Assembly (NCBI GenBank): GCA_030141605.1
Contig: JAQGDQ010000624.1
Coordinates: forward strand, 1 to 64,000
Reading direction: 5' to 3'
From: Tubiluchus corallicola
Taxonomy: Eukaryota; Animalia; Priapulida
DNA length: 64,000 bases
In this document: one piece after another, positions 1 to 12,754 of the stretch
How positions within the stretch are numbered: the first letter of the stretch is position 1
How the letters are laid out: the number at the start of each line of letters is the position of its first letter
Position numbers and translations under genes: made by a program
Notes under the pieces: generated by a model
Seen by the model: only the letters and a program-made list of their open reading frames with translations
What the model was told of the DNA's origin: nothing
Databases searched by the model: none

Positions 1-626
1 AAATTGTTAAGGATTTTGTTTGCCAATTATATAATTCTTTCAAACTGGGAAGCGTAATGCTAGATAATATCACTTTGTGTATAAAGTTTTTTGGTATGTA
101 CTTTAAAATACCCTTTTCTTCCCCTTACTAGGAAAAATGCTGCATGTATTTTTTCTTTTACATAAAAGAAAGAAACGAAAATCCAGGATAAATCAGATAA
201 ATCTGAGATCAAGTAGCCTGGTCCTAAGATTCCAACATTCTGCTGCAATTAATATTTGGCTCTCTGTAAATTTTCTAAGCGTTTAATTCTTTTCAGTGGA
301 GTGGAGTCTAGATGAAGAATTTTCCCGGTTGGCAGGCGAATCACGAATTACTGATCCTACAATGCAAGAATATGAAATCAGGAATCTTAATAAAGGTTCG
401 TACATGCGTGTCACTTACTCTGTAACCATTATAGGAAATGAGATACTTGGTGAGAATAGTATTGCAATTTACTAATTTTTTTACTTTGTTATTGCGACAG
501 CTTCAGGTACTGAGTTGATACCTTTCCAACTTTCTAAATTAATGAAACTAAGAAAAATGATTGCATTAAATTTAGTAAACAAAAATGTTCTTAATGATGT
601 TTGCTTTGTTAAGTTGTGATGCTTTT
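1..626. repeat. Left arm of long inverted repeat (partner 2666-3281)
   Basis: Reverse complement of 2666-3281; differences cluster at about 62-140; the arm runs to the window edge. Confidence 0.97.
297..395 (+). CDS. ANKFN1: ANKFN1 FN3 exon, plus-strand copy (VEWSLDEEFSRLAGESRITDPTMQEYEIRNLNK)
   Basis: ttttcag acceptor, AAAG|gttcgt donor, 99 nt, phase 1-1; exact reverse complement of 2897-2995. Confidence 0.85.
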
Positions 627-653
627 CTGGCCCATTCTATATTATTTTTACAC

Positions 654-853
654 TTATTTAGTAATACTTTTTGTACCTATTTAGTAATACTTTTGTACCT
701 GTTTAGTAATACTTTTTGTACTTATTAGTAATACTTTTTGTACCTATTTAGTAATACTTTTTATAGTTATTTAGTAATTCTTTTGTACTTTTTTCGTAAT
801 ACTGTATGTACTGATTTAGCTATATATTTTTTGTACTTATTTAGTAATACTTA
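654..853. repeat. Approximately 23-bp AT-rich minisatellite (tatttagtaatactttttgtac)
   Basis: About 8 degenerate tandem copies. Confidence 0.85.
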
Positions 854-1129
854 CACTGTTGCATAGGAGCCACCTATTGTTATAGCTTCAGCTAAACATT
901 TTACCATTTTTAACTGTTTTGCGCAACTAAGTGGCAGAGCTTACTTAGTATAAATAGAGTTGTGGCTGGACTGGAATCTTGCTCATCCTCAAGAGCAACA
1001 GTATGAGACGAGATGCTGAACCGATATAAGTCGCAGACTTTCAGACGCATTTGGATGCGTGTACATTTTGTCTTAGCAATTTAAATGACCTGATCTAGAG
1101 CCAGTGTGGCCGATGAAACTGGCCAAAAG

Positions 1130-1182
1130 CATTTTCCCAGTGATCACCCATCCGTGTACTGACCATGGTTGGCTTTATTTAA
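1130..1182 (-). repeat. Degenerate 5S rRNA-derived fragment (SINE3-like relic)
   Basis: ttcccagtgatcacccatccgtgtactgacca resembles the reverse complement of the 5S internal control region (tggttagtacttggatgggagaccgcctgggaa); short and diverged, not a gene. Confidence 0.5.
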
Positions 1183-1326
1183 TAGTGCTCGCCCAGCACA
1201 CACTGTGACCACTCACTTATTGCTTCTTACCATGCTAGGTTGCTTTTTCAAGCAGGTAGTTTTTTAAGGCAACAATGTGGTAATTCAAACATATATTTAC
1301 ATGAATTTGTTTGTATTTTGTAATAG

Positions 1327-1416
1327 GGGAAAAGTATTACGTTAGAGTATATGCTGGTAATATGAAAGGACTAGGCATGCCGCAGACATCATCTCCAGAG
1401 TACATTGAACCATCTT
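1327..1416 (+). CDS. ANKFN1: ANKFN1 FN3 C-terminal exon (GEKYYVRVYAGNMKGLGMPQTSSPEYIEPS)
   Basis: taatag acceptor, TCTT|gtaagt donor, 90 nt, phase 1-1; FN3 YxVRVxAxN motif plus the NMKG motif of ANKFN1; in frame with exon 297-395. Confidence 0.88.
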
Positions 1417-1501
1417 GTAAGTTATGCTGCACTTCTGTTTTATCTGTTAGTGTTGGTGGAAGCTTTATTGCTATCAAAGGCCACGTAATTGCTGAAAAAG
1501 T

Positions 1502-1946
1502 TTAAAGGAAAACCGGACAATTTATTAGACTCAATCTCATTTTAATTTACTGTCCAAAATATACATTTGGTTTCTGCTTATAAAAGTTAGCAGTTGCTTC
1601 TAATATTTGAATAATTACCTTGGAAAATTAACTAATCGCAACCGAACACAGCTATCGTATGAGCTGTACATCACACTGGCATCACAGACGAACACAATAG
1701 TTCATGACCATACTTATCACGGTACAGCGCCTATCTGTTGGCCACGTTATGTGACAAAAACCTTGTAAGTCTTAGTTGATTCGGTGAGACGCACGTAGCT
1801 TTGAAAGTTTAAGAAAATTTAACTATCCGAGGCAATTATTATTTAATCTAAGCTTTGATTTTAAAAAAAGCTATTGTAGTTTTTAATATTTTAAAGCATA
1901 CTTTATTTTGAACTAATCTCTACTCAATTGTCCGGCTTTCTTTTAA
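1502..1946. mobile_element. TTAA-flanked MITE family A (Kolobok/T2-like)
   Basis: TTAA-aggaaaaccggacaatt ... aattgtccggctttctt-TTAA; homologous to 6248-6788 and partly to 47717-47930. Confidence 0.8.
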
Positions 1947-2408
1947 ATGTGAAGCATGTGAGCCGACCCAGCATTTCTGCAGTCAAGTGACAAACTGTCT
2001 GTAATTTTCATTTCTGAAGAGAGTAGTGTCAATGATATGCTAATGCTGCACATGCTAAGTAAACTGACCAACCTTTAGTGCGAAGGTCAGTGAGCATAAG
2101 CTTGATGGATGGCGTGCTGGGTCAATTTTGAGAAAGACCCAAATGAATTGTTACGCTGAGACAGGGAGCTCTTTAACCAGCTGAGCAATGTACAAATGTT
2201 TTATCTAGCAGTTATATTCAGAGCAAGTTGTGTTAACTCCACTTTGACTTACTAATTAGTAAGATTGATTGACTGCTAGCCATTGTTAGTAAATTACTTG
2301 ACTTACTAACCATTGCATCCTTTGGCACCATTGATTTTTCTCAGAATGATGATATAATAACTCACACGATATTTTGTGATTCTGTGAGGTGACCGTGTTA
2401 TTGTTTAG

Positions 2409-2528
2409 GTTGGCATGACTTAGATGGGAGCACATCCAGATTGGAGACTAGCCTAACAGAGATGGATGAACTGCTGGTCCAGTTACAAGAATTTCGACAA
2501 AATCACCATACTGAACAACAGTTCAAAG
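2409..2528 (+). CDS. ANKFN1: ANKFN1 post-FN3 exon (CWHDLDGSTSRLETSLTEMDELLVQLQEFRQNHHTEQQFK)
   Basis: tgtttag acceptor, AAAG|gtacgg donor, 120 nt, phase 1-1; continues the PS-x-W-x-D-x-D pattern that follows FN3 in ANKFN1. Confidence 0.8.
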
Positions 2529-2665
2529 GTACGGTGAAGTTCTTGCTTTTTTAATCAATGTATGAAGTAAAATTCCTTGTATAAGCTGGAACTGTCTCTT
2601 TAAAAGTGCAGAAAAAGTGTGATAATAATTCTAATTTGTATGGAACACAAAGTAGAAGTGGTATT

Positions 2666-3281
2666 AAAAGCATCACAACTTAACAAAGCAAACATCATTA
2701 AGAACATTTTTGTTTACTAAATTTAATGCAATCATTTTTCTTAGTTTCATTAATTTAGAAAGTTGGAAAGGTATCAACTCAGTACCTGAAGCTGTCGCAA
2801 TAACAAAGTAAAAAAATTACTAAATTGCAATACTATTCTCACCAAGTATCTCATTTCCTATAATGGTTACAGAGTAAGTGACACGCATGTACGAACCTTT
2901 ATTAAGATTCCTGATTTCATATTCTTGCATTGTAGGATCAGTAATTCGTGATTCGCCTGCCAACCGGGAAAATTCTTCATCTAGACTCCACTCCACTGAA
3001 AAGAATTAAACGCTTAGAAAATTTACAGAGAGCCAAATATTAATTGCAGCAGAATGTTGGAATCTTAGGACCAGGCTACTTGATCTCAGATTTATCTGAT
3101 TTATCCTGGATTTTCGTTTCTTTCTTTTATGTAAAAGAAAAAATACATGCAACATTTTTCCTAGTAAGTGGAAGAAAAGGGTGCATACCAAAAAAATTTA
3201 TGCACAAAGTGATGTTACGTAGCATTACGCTTCCCAGTTTGAAAGAATTATATAATTGGCAAACAAAATCCTTAACAATTT
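2666..3281. repeat. Right arm of long inverted repeat (partner 1-626)
   Basis: aaaagcatcacaac... at 2666 is the reverse complement of ...gttgtgatgctttt ending at 626; ccttaacaattt ending at 3281 is the reverse complement of 1-12. Confidence 0.97.
2897..2995 (-). CDS. ANKFN1: ANKFN1 FN3 exon, minus-strand copy
   Basis: cag acceptor at 2998-2996, donor at 2896; phase 1 joins exon 4046-4159 (YK+VEWS). Confidence 0.88.
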
Positions 3282-6200
3282 AAAAAGTTCGTGCCAACTG
3301 GCAAAACGGCACTGCATCACCATCCCAGTGCGCACCACTGGCTCACTAATTTACATACTATTAATCTTATTTTAACACATATTTTTGCTTAGTTAGTGAA
3401 GTGTGTGCTACAAATGCTCTGATCATTTTTCAAACTTTAACGCAATCTCTGTATGCAATAAGACAGCATACAAGTGATATAAAATTTCAAGACGAATTTT
3501 TAGGCTTATTTCAGGGGTGTTTTATTGTGATTTATTACATTTTTTATTAAAATTCCCCTAATCGAAGCCCAGTGCCGGATTATAATAAAGTGTGAAAATA
3601 CAAACACGGATCCGGCAAAATAAGACTGTTATAACTAATTGCCAGGAGGTATTTTATTAAAATAAGTAAGATTGTGTTTAACAGGGAATCAATTTTATCG
3701 TGACAGATAAAAAATGTCTGAGGGGAAAAAGTGGCTTGTGTTCACATCTTTTTTTATAAGCAAGATCTTGGACACAAAAGTGATCGTAAATGGTAAACAT
3801 TGATGCTTGAGATGTAATAGCAAGAAATTAAGAGTCTAAATGTTTTCTTATGTGTTTGACAATGTACTACATGATATAAATTTAGCTAGTTTTTTCATCT
3901 ATATCTCGAATATTAGGGAAAAAATACGAACAAAAAATGAACAGTAGGCTTACTGATGCCCAACAAACAGTATGTGGCATATGTAAAAAATTAGAAAATT
4001 TTGCCTTGCCTAATGAGAAATAGTCATATTTGGAAAATGAGTTACCTTTATACCACGTGACCAATGCACCGTTACAATCTTCCGGTTCAGAAAAAGTGAC
4101 GAGAATGGAGTCGGTACCACTTACGGTCAACTGGACATTGACGGGTGGATCAGGTGGATCTAAACAAATAAATTTGCAGCAGAAAATAAGAAGTATGTTG
4201 AACAGTGGTAAAAAACATTTTGAAATTAAGCATGGAAATCCCTAACTTGTTCCTGATGAAAGGCTAACTTATAAGCTTCTAAGGCTTCTAAACATTCAAA
4301 ACTCCTTCAGGACTGTAATAGTTTGCTGCATTTTGCACAAGGTTCATGAAAAACTGCCCTCACTAAGCAACCAGCGATTACAAAGTGAAAAATTATAAGT
4401 GAAATGCATTTCCCTACCTTAGACAAATTAAAAATCTGTTTTAGCGGAATAAGTTGAAAAAAAATCCGGCAACTACTGTGATTGCACCATAACAATGTAC
4501 AGTATCACTTGCGTGAAATCGGCTAATGATGAAAATTTTAACTCCCCAGACACATCACTCCAATAAACTTTGGCCTTAAGTCTCCTCTATTTTTAAGGAG
4601 ATATTGCTGTTAAAAATGAGACGACTTTAATTTATACCTGGCTGATCGGTTGGTTTTTCCTGGCAGTTCTCTTGGATGTAGCAAGCAGGCAATCAATAAA
4701 TCAGTGTGTACGATCACGCAAGTGTACACCAGACTAAGCTACTTCATAGGCTAAGTTGGAGGCCTTTCTTAATTTTATTCAATTAAATCGCTTATAAATG
4801 TTTAAGCAAGTAAGAATGATTGGATAGCCGAGATTCTCCTGAATAGAACAGCATCTAATATATAATAATTTAATTATGTCTGTGAAAATACAGTGGTGGA
4901 AAAGTCATGGGTCTTATAAAACCTGTTTTGAGCGGTTCGATCCAGAAGGAATTAAAATGAAAACAAGAAACAAGTGAAATCGTGAAAAATGATGAAGGTG
5001 AATTACTTACTGGCATGGTCGTAGTTAGCCTTCATCTTTTTGGCTATCTCGGCTCTCCATTCCCAATAATCTATTGATTTTTCAATTTCCTGCAAAAACG
5101 ACAATCATTTCAACGGATAAGCACTACAAGTTATGGGAAAATATCAACAAAATTTGCCAGCAGAAATCTAAAGCCGCTTAGATCGCATCTGTTCTCGGAT
5201 GATTAAAGGTAGGACTGTGTGTGCGTAATGCGTGATGTGCGATCGGTTATGCGTAGTGTGTATACAACAGTTTGGCAAGGTGTGCTTACATTAATCAGGG
5301 CAGTGCTCACCTTGATCACAGCATTCTTACCTTGGCAAGGTGTGCTTACATTAATCAGGGCAGTGCTCACCTTGATCACAGCATTCTTACTTTGGCAAGG
5401 TGTGCTTACATTAATCAGGGTAGTGCTCACCTTACTCACAGCATTCTTACCTTGGCAAGGTGTGCTTACATTAATCAGGGCAGTGCTCACCTTGATCACA
5501 GCATTCTTACCTAGGCAAGGTGTGTTTACATTAATCAGGGCAGTGCTCACCTTGATCACAGCATTCTTACCTTGGCAAGGTGTGCTTACATTAATCAGGG
5601 CAGTGCTCACCTTGATCACAGCATTCTTACCTTGGCAAGGTGTGCTTACATTAATCAGCGCAGTGCTCACCTTGATCACAGCATTCTTACCTTGGCAAGG
5701 TGTGCTTACATTAATCAGGGCAGTGCTCACCTTAATCACAGCATTCTTACTTTGGCAAGGTGTGCTTACATTAATCAGGGTAGTGCTCACCTTGATCACA
5801 GCATTCTTACCTTGGCAATGTGTGCTTACATTAATCAGGGCAGTGCTCATCTTACTCACAGCATGCTTACTTCGATAACTGTACACCTCACCTTGATCAG
5901 AGCAGCGCTGCCAGGTGTTGTGTTCAGCATCGCATTCGTCAAATCGTTTGTCTTTTCCTCAGCATCTTTTATTAATTGGCTGAGATCTAAAGCTCTGGAC
6001 TTTCCAACAACTAAAAGAAACAAAGTCACATGTACAATTGCACATTATAAATCAATTTCTCAAACAACAAGGCAGATTTTAACAAAATTTAGATGCAGTA
6101 CATGCTAAGGCAGAAAAGCTAAACTTTCCCTGACGTCTTTCTTTAATTTTTATTTTAATTTCGAGATTTGGAAATTGGGAGAAAGTTTAACAGGAACTTG

Positions 6201-9200
6201 GATGATCTAATTCATCGTCTTAAGAAAATCACCAATTTTGTTTTGCTTTAAGTGAAAACCGGATGATTGATTAGACTTCGTCTCATTTTAATTTACTGTC
6301 CAAAATATACATTTTCTTGCCTATAAAAGTTAGCAATTGTTCTAACATTTGAATAATTACATTGGAAAGTTAATGAACAGCAATTCGAACACAGCTATCA
6401 CTTACGTCACAAACTAACCGCAGTTTGTGCAATGATAAGCATCTTCCCTGCGTGTCAAGCGCGATTGCGTAAGTAAAGATTGCTATAAAGACGCCGATGT
6501 GATGTAACGAAAATGAGCTGTACGTCACACTGACGTCACAGACGAACACTGCAGTTCATGATGATGCTTATCACGGTACCGCGCCTATTTGTCGACAAGA
6601 GGTGCCACTGCCAGTCTCAGTGGATTCGATGAGCCGCACGTAGCTTTGAAAAATCAAGAAAATCAACTGTCTGAGATAATTATCATTTAATCTAAGCTTT
6701 GATTTAAAAAAGCTGTTGTAGTTTTCAATATTTTAGAACATACTTTATTTTGAATTAATGTCTACACAATCGTCCAGTTTTCCTTTAAAATACAATTTGC
6801 AAGAAAAGTGGGAGTAAAAATGCAATGCTAACCTGATGGCTGATAGAATAAGCCTAAATGATCAATACCCAGATGAATCTTATCTAAACCTTTTCTAATT
6901 AGACTAGCTTTTGACTCAGACAAAATTACAAAAATGTCACATTGTCTTTGTACCTGAGGTCATGCTTTTTCTGCATTTTGTAGCAATTCAAAAATTTCTG
7001 AGACTAACTCCGGCACTTCCAGGAACAGAAATTCTGTTAGAATTTCTGGGCATGCACAATCCGGGGATTACAGTCTAGGCCTAGTTTTTTTCCTGTGAAC
7101 AGCAAAACACAAATTTTCGTGAAACACTTACATCTCAGGTTCTCCCGAGCGCCATTTGCAATCAGAATCCTGGCCAGCGGTTTCTGGTTCGTTAAGATTG
7201 CAATGTCCAGCACTGTTAGATTTGAACTGTTCATCCTGGAGAAAAATCGAGTTAACATTTAGCTGAAGTGCTAACTGTATCACAGGAACCAAGTTCAGTA
7301 TCGATGATAATTAGGACTCTAAGATGAGATAATGAACTGGCACAGGTGTCTTATCACATTCGAATATGAATACATCCTCCCCCTATCCCATAGGGAAACA
7401 GTGCACCCATGCATTTATTAACCAAAATCAGCGTTGCTTAATTTCATTCACTATACAGTCAATAATTAGGCAAACATTCACAAAAACAAGCAGAACAAAA
7501 AAGTTTGCAGAGGTAAGTAATTTTTCTACAATTTGCAAATATGCAAAAAGAATAACATTTTTCAAGGGAGAAAAAGCAATAAAAAGGTTCATTGACCAGC
7601 GAGTCTCGAACCAAGTCCTTCTCAGACAACAGTTCTTACAGGAACTTATTATTACCATGAGCAGCTCTGTCCCTGACTTACAACAGAATGTGTTCTAATT
7701 CTTTAAGAGAATGACTGAAAAATAATTAATGAGCATAATTAATAAATAATGAGCATGATTGTTAAGAGGACAGAAAAATACACTACCCAGCCTTCAGCCT
7801 TATATTTAAATTGTATTTTAGAACAAACTGTTATGTTTCCTTTATATTGTGATTTTGCTCATAATCATGGTGTAGTACATTGCATTGGCTACAGCAGTAA
7901 AAAGTCAAATCTGACGAAAATACACAAACTACAGGTCTAGTGGTCGACCTCTGTTTATAATTTTGAAGATAAAGCACCGCTTCTGACTGTTCTCAATGTA
8001 TCACTATGATAAAGGATAGCTTTTCCAATGGTGACAGAACAGGAAATATACTTCAAAACAAGAAATCAATAAAATTATTACAATATGACTGTTCTTGCCC
8101 CACAGTCCAGCCAAATCCATCCCAACCTACAAGAAAAATTCTTATTTACAGAAGAATTCTACAGCATTATGGGTAAACACTGCCATACTTGAAGAATGTC
8201 TAGACATTTGCATTTGAAATGTAACAACATCATTTAGACTTGGAACACAGGTAAAAATAGCATGTTTTTCCTATTGAAACAGCTGAAGAAATAAGTACCC
8301 ATCGCAAAGACATATAAGAGATTTTAAAGGAAAACAGGGTGATTTTTCATATCCTGCAACGTTTTGAAGTATGGCAAAAAGTCTACATTTTAATATGTAT
8401 AATAATGCCAAAGAGCTTCTGATACTTATTCTGATACTGATAATTATAGGTTAAAAATTTAACGAATGGCGCGCAAGCCCAAGTTTCGATGACATCACAA
8501 CAAAACACAATTTGTGAGCTTGTTGCACATGTTTGCAAATGCGAAAATTGAAGTTCAGTACTACTACTATAGAAATACAATGTGTACTGATTAGCAATCA
8601 TTCAAATATTTCGTTTGTGTACTCATTAGCAGTCGTTTGTGTATTTCATTCATGCACTGATTAGCACTTGCTTATGTATTCCGTTCATGCATTCATTAGC
8701 AATTGTTTGTATATTTTGTTCGTGTACTCATTAGCAGTTGTTCATATATTTCGTTCGTGTGCTGATTCGCAGTTGTTCATATATTTCGTTCATGTGCTGA
8801 TTAGCAGTTGTTTGTGTATTTCGTTCGTGTACTGATTAGCAGTCCGTTGTGCATTTTGTTCATGTATCGATTAGCAGTCGTTTGTGTTCATGTACTGATT
8901 GGCAGTTGTTCGTGTATTTCGTTAATGCATTGAACAGCAGTCACTCGTGAATTTCGTTCACGTATTGAATAGCAGTTGTTCGTGTATTTGATTCATGTAT
9001 TGATTAGCAGTCGTTCATGTATTTCATTCATGTACTGATTAGTAGTCAATTGTGTATTTCTCTCATGTTTTGATTAGCGGTCATTTGCGTATTTTATTCG
9101 CGTATTGAATAGCAGTCGTTCGTGTACTTCGTTTACATATTGATTAGCTGTCATTCATGCATCGTGTACCTATCGTGTAGGAGTGGTAAGCCGATTTCAA

Positions 9201-11949
9201 CTTGTTCACTTAGCAGAGAAGAACAACAGGAGCGATTAGCAGTCAAAGTCTCAAATTTCCCTGACCACTCCTTGTTTATTGTTACAACTGTTTCACACAC
9301 CTCCGCAATTATTTTTATTCATACTTAGACTGACCTTGGTAACTTTAATACCTTAAGCTGAAATAAAGAATTAAACGCTTACCAATTGATGTCAACATTC
9401 CCCGATGCCTCCAAAACTCCCTTTGCAGCTTCCAAGTCCTCCTTCTCGACTGCGTCAAACAGCGCTATAGAAAACAAAAAACATAAATCGTTTTTCGCAA
9501 AAAAACTTAAAGCGCAATTACTCCTACGGTGGATAATACCCACATCTACTAATTGCATTATCATTCGTCTTCCCTTTCTTTGAAGATTATATCAAACAAA
9601 ACTGCTTCTTTAGGCAGCAGAGATCGGTGGAAAATTTCCACGCATCTTATTGAATTAGATTGAAATTTGTCGTTTTGCTGCTGGTACTGGGGAACTAAGT
9701 AATCGCCGTTAGCTACTGCGAGAAAGTCTCAGGAGGATGCTGAGGTAATGGGCATCATAAACGTTCAGGAATAAACTAAAGGGTGATCATTTCATTAACA
9801 GCACAACCACATTGTAGGGGTAGCAACATACAGGATATTACATACTGCATATCTTTGTTAATTGGTGGGTTACATGTCCGAGTGGTCTTGTGTATATGCT
9901 TTGTGTGAGTGGCTCATAATCGCTTGAGTTCAATACTCACTATGGCTGGTTTCATTTGGTAATTAGCCAGGCTCCTGTCCTGCCACAAACATCCTATTGA
10001 GCAAGTCCTGCCTTTGAATGCTAGATTCGGGTTTGCAGTGTGCCAAAGTGCATAAAAGAAATACATAGCTATTTCGTACTAATTATGGAGAACAAGGTCC
10101 AAGGGAGGGACCCAATGGTAAAAAGCGCTGCTTACCATGAATATCACAACTTGACAGATTACTAAAAGCGCTGCTTACCATGCACATCACAGGTCGACTG
10201 ATTACTAAAAGCCCTGCTTACCATGCATATCACAGCTTGATCGATTACTAAAAGCCCTGCTTACCATGCATATCACAGCTTGATCGATTACTAAAAGCCC
10301 TGCTTACCATGCATATCACAGCTTGACTGATTACTAAAAGCCCTACTTACCATGCATATCACAGCATGACTGATTACTAAAAGCCCTACTTAACATGCAT
10401 ATCACAGCTTGACTGATTACTAAAAGCCTTACTTAACGTGCATATCACAGCTTGACTGATTACTAAAAGCCCTGCTTACCGTGTATATCACAGCTTGACT
10501 GAATACTAAAAGCCCTGCTTACCGTGCATATCACAGCTTGACCGATTACTAAAAGCGCTGCTTACAGTGCATTTCACACCTTGACTGATTACTAAAAGCC
10601 CTGCTTACCGTGCATATCACAGCTTGACCGATTACTGAAAGCGCTGCTTACAGTGCATAACACAGCTTGACCGATTACTAAAAGCGCTGCTTACAGTGCA
10701 TAACACAGCTTAACTGATTACTAAAAGTGCTGTTACCGCAAATATCAAATATTGACCAAATACTTGAATTGCTGCTCACTACCCATATCACAGCTTGAGC
10801 GATTATTAAAATTGCTGTTGTTGTGCAGATCATAGCTTGACTGATCACTAAAAGCGCTGCTTACTGTGTAGATCATAGCTTGACCAATTTCTAAAAGCCC
10901 TACTTAACGTGCATATCACAGCTTGACTGATTACTAAAAGCCCTGCTTACCGTGCATATCACAGCTTGACAACTTACAAAAGCGTTGCTTACCATGCATA
11001 TCACAGCTTGACTGATTACTAAAAGCCCTGCTTGCCGTGCATATCACAGCTTGACAACTTACAAAAGCGTTGCTTACCATGCATATCACAGCTTGACCGA
11101 TTACTAGATCGACGTCGTTCTGACTTTGCATCATCTCCACTCGTACGACGTTTTGCTGAAACATGGATTGGAGACATAATTTAATTTTGGCACTTGAGAA
11201 AATGTTAAAGCTAAAAGTTAACACAATGTTGAGAAAACCAATCTGTTAGGTTATTTAAACGGCTAGGAGTTAAAATGATTTCTAACACACATGTATAAAT
11301 GGATAACACAATATTTTTTCTCGGCAAAACTAATATTTCAGATCATTATCTTAATCTGAACGTCTTGTAAGACTTATGTTGTACTTGCAAATTTTCTATA
11401 CCTATCTTACTCTTACTTGCATACAGTTTAACTAATAAATAAGTGCACATTTTACATAAAAACATGTTTGTAAAAAGTAGTAGTAAAGATTCCTTGACTT
11501 GTAGAAAAGAACTGCCCAAAATTAGTAAATTAGTAATAAAGAGGACGATACTAATGAATGTAATTGCAATGACGGTGTTCATTACGATAAAAACGAAATC
11601 ACTACTGCTCGACCGACGATTAAATAGCAAAAATCAATTCCCTTTTAACTGGCTGCATTATGATATTTAACGGATGATAAACCCAGAAAATAATTTATTT
11701 TGCTGGAAATGATTTTCTACGGGGAAATTAGCTTGCTCCAGCATAAAGAATCTGACAGCCAATGGGAAATCAGAATAAAGAACAAATCCCATTATCCACT
11801 GTACATGACTGTCACAAACAACTGGTATGAATTACTCAAAGACATTGATTAGCCTGGATATAAGATGTAGATTTTCTTGAAAAACAAAATACTTATCATG
11901 GCAATTCGCGGTCTAGGACGACGAACTAGATTGGAAATGCTATTGTGAC

Positions 11950-12011
<62 letters not shown>

Positions 12012-12709
12012 GAGAGAGAGAGAGGAAGAAAAGAGGAGTTTTTCTTACCGGATCGGCTTCTATACAGCCGACTTGGCATGCTCGGTGAAGATGGGATGAG
12101 CAATTTCTTATTGAACTTGATTTGGACATTTGGAGAAATCTCAAGATGGTCGCACTTAATTTCTGGTACCTGATGAATGGAATCAACACTGGCCGTCTTG
12201 CGAAGCGTGCCACTGAAAAAAAATAAAAACTTATGGCAGAATATCCACATTTGGTAGAAAATTAATGATTAAATATTTTAGGTGAAAGATGATGGAATTC
12301 CCAGTATAATTTGAACACAATATCTGAACAGGCCTGGACACATACTAGCAATAATGTATGCCTTTCATGTTTACATTAATATTTCATTATATTTGTATTT
12401 TCTATTTATTTTATTACATTATAAGTTATGTTTAACTTCATTCTGTACTCAACAATTTATGTTTCTCATATTGCACCATTTTGTAATAATGAACGACACT
12501 TCAGTGTTGTTTAAATTCACGAAGAGCTATACAATCTTATAAAAATAAAATAGTTATTATTCATAATAATAGTGATAATGATGATGATAATAACGATGAT
12601 GATGGCGAAGCCGCTGTCACTAACAATAACAACAGCAACAGCAATAATCATCATACTAGTAATAACGATAATAATGATACTACTATTACTATTACTAATA
12701 ATAATGATG

Positions 12710-12754
<45 letters not shown>

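Noticed and set aside
1130-1182. 5S rRNA gene
   Set aside because: Only about 50 diverged bases match; a relic, not a functional gene.
5203-6108. 178-227-aa repetitive ORFs on both strands
   Set aside because: They are by-products of the 60-bp minisatellite. The minus ORF is out of frame with the upstream exon, and the array is intronic.
9560-9760. Exon-like segment upstream of the first ankyrin exon
   Set aside because: All minus frames hit stops before a donor, and exons 12049 and 9383 already join in frame.
10120-11106. CRISPR-like regular array (also 5271-5870 and 20740-21258)
   Set aside because: Units are contiguous tandem repeats without unique spacers, there are no cas genes, and the context is a eukaryotic intron.
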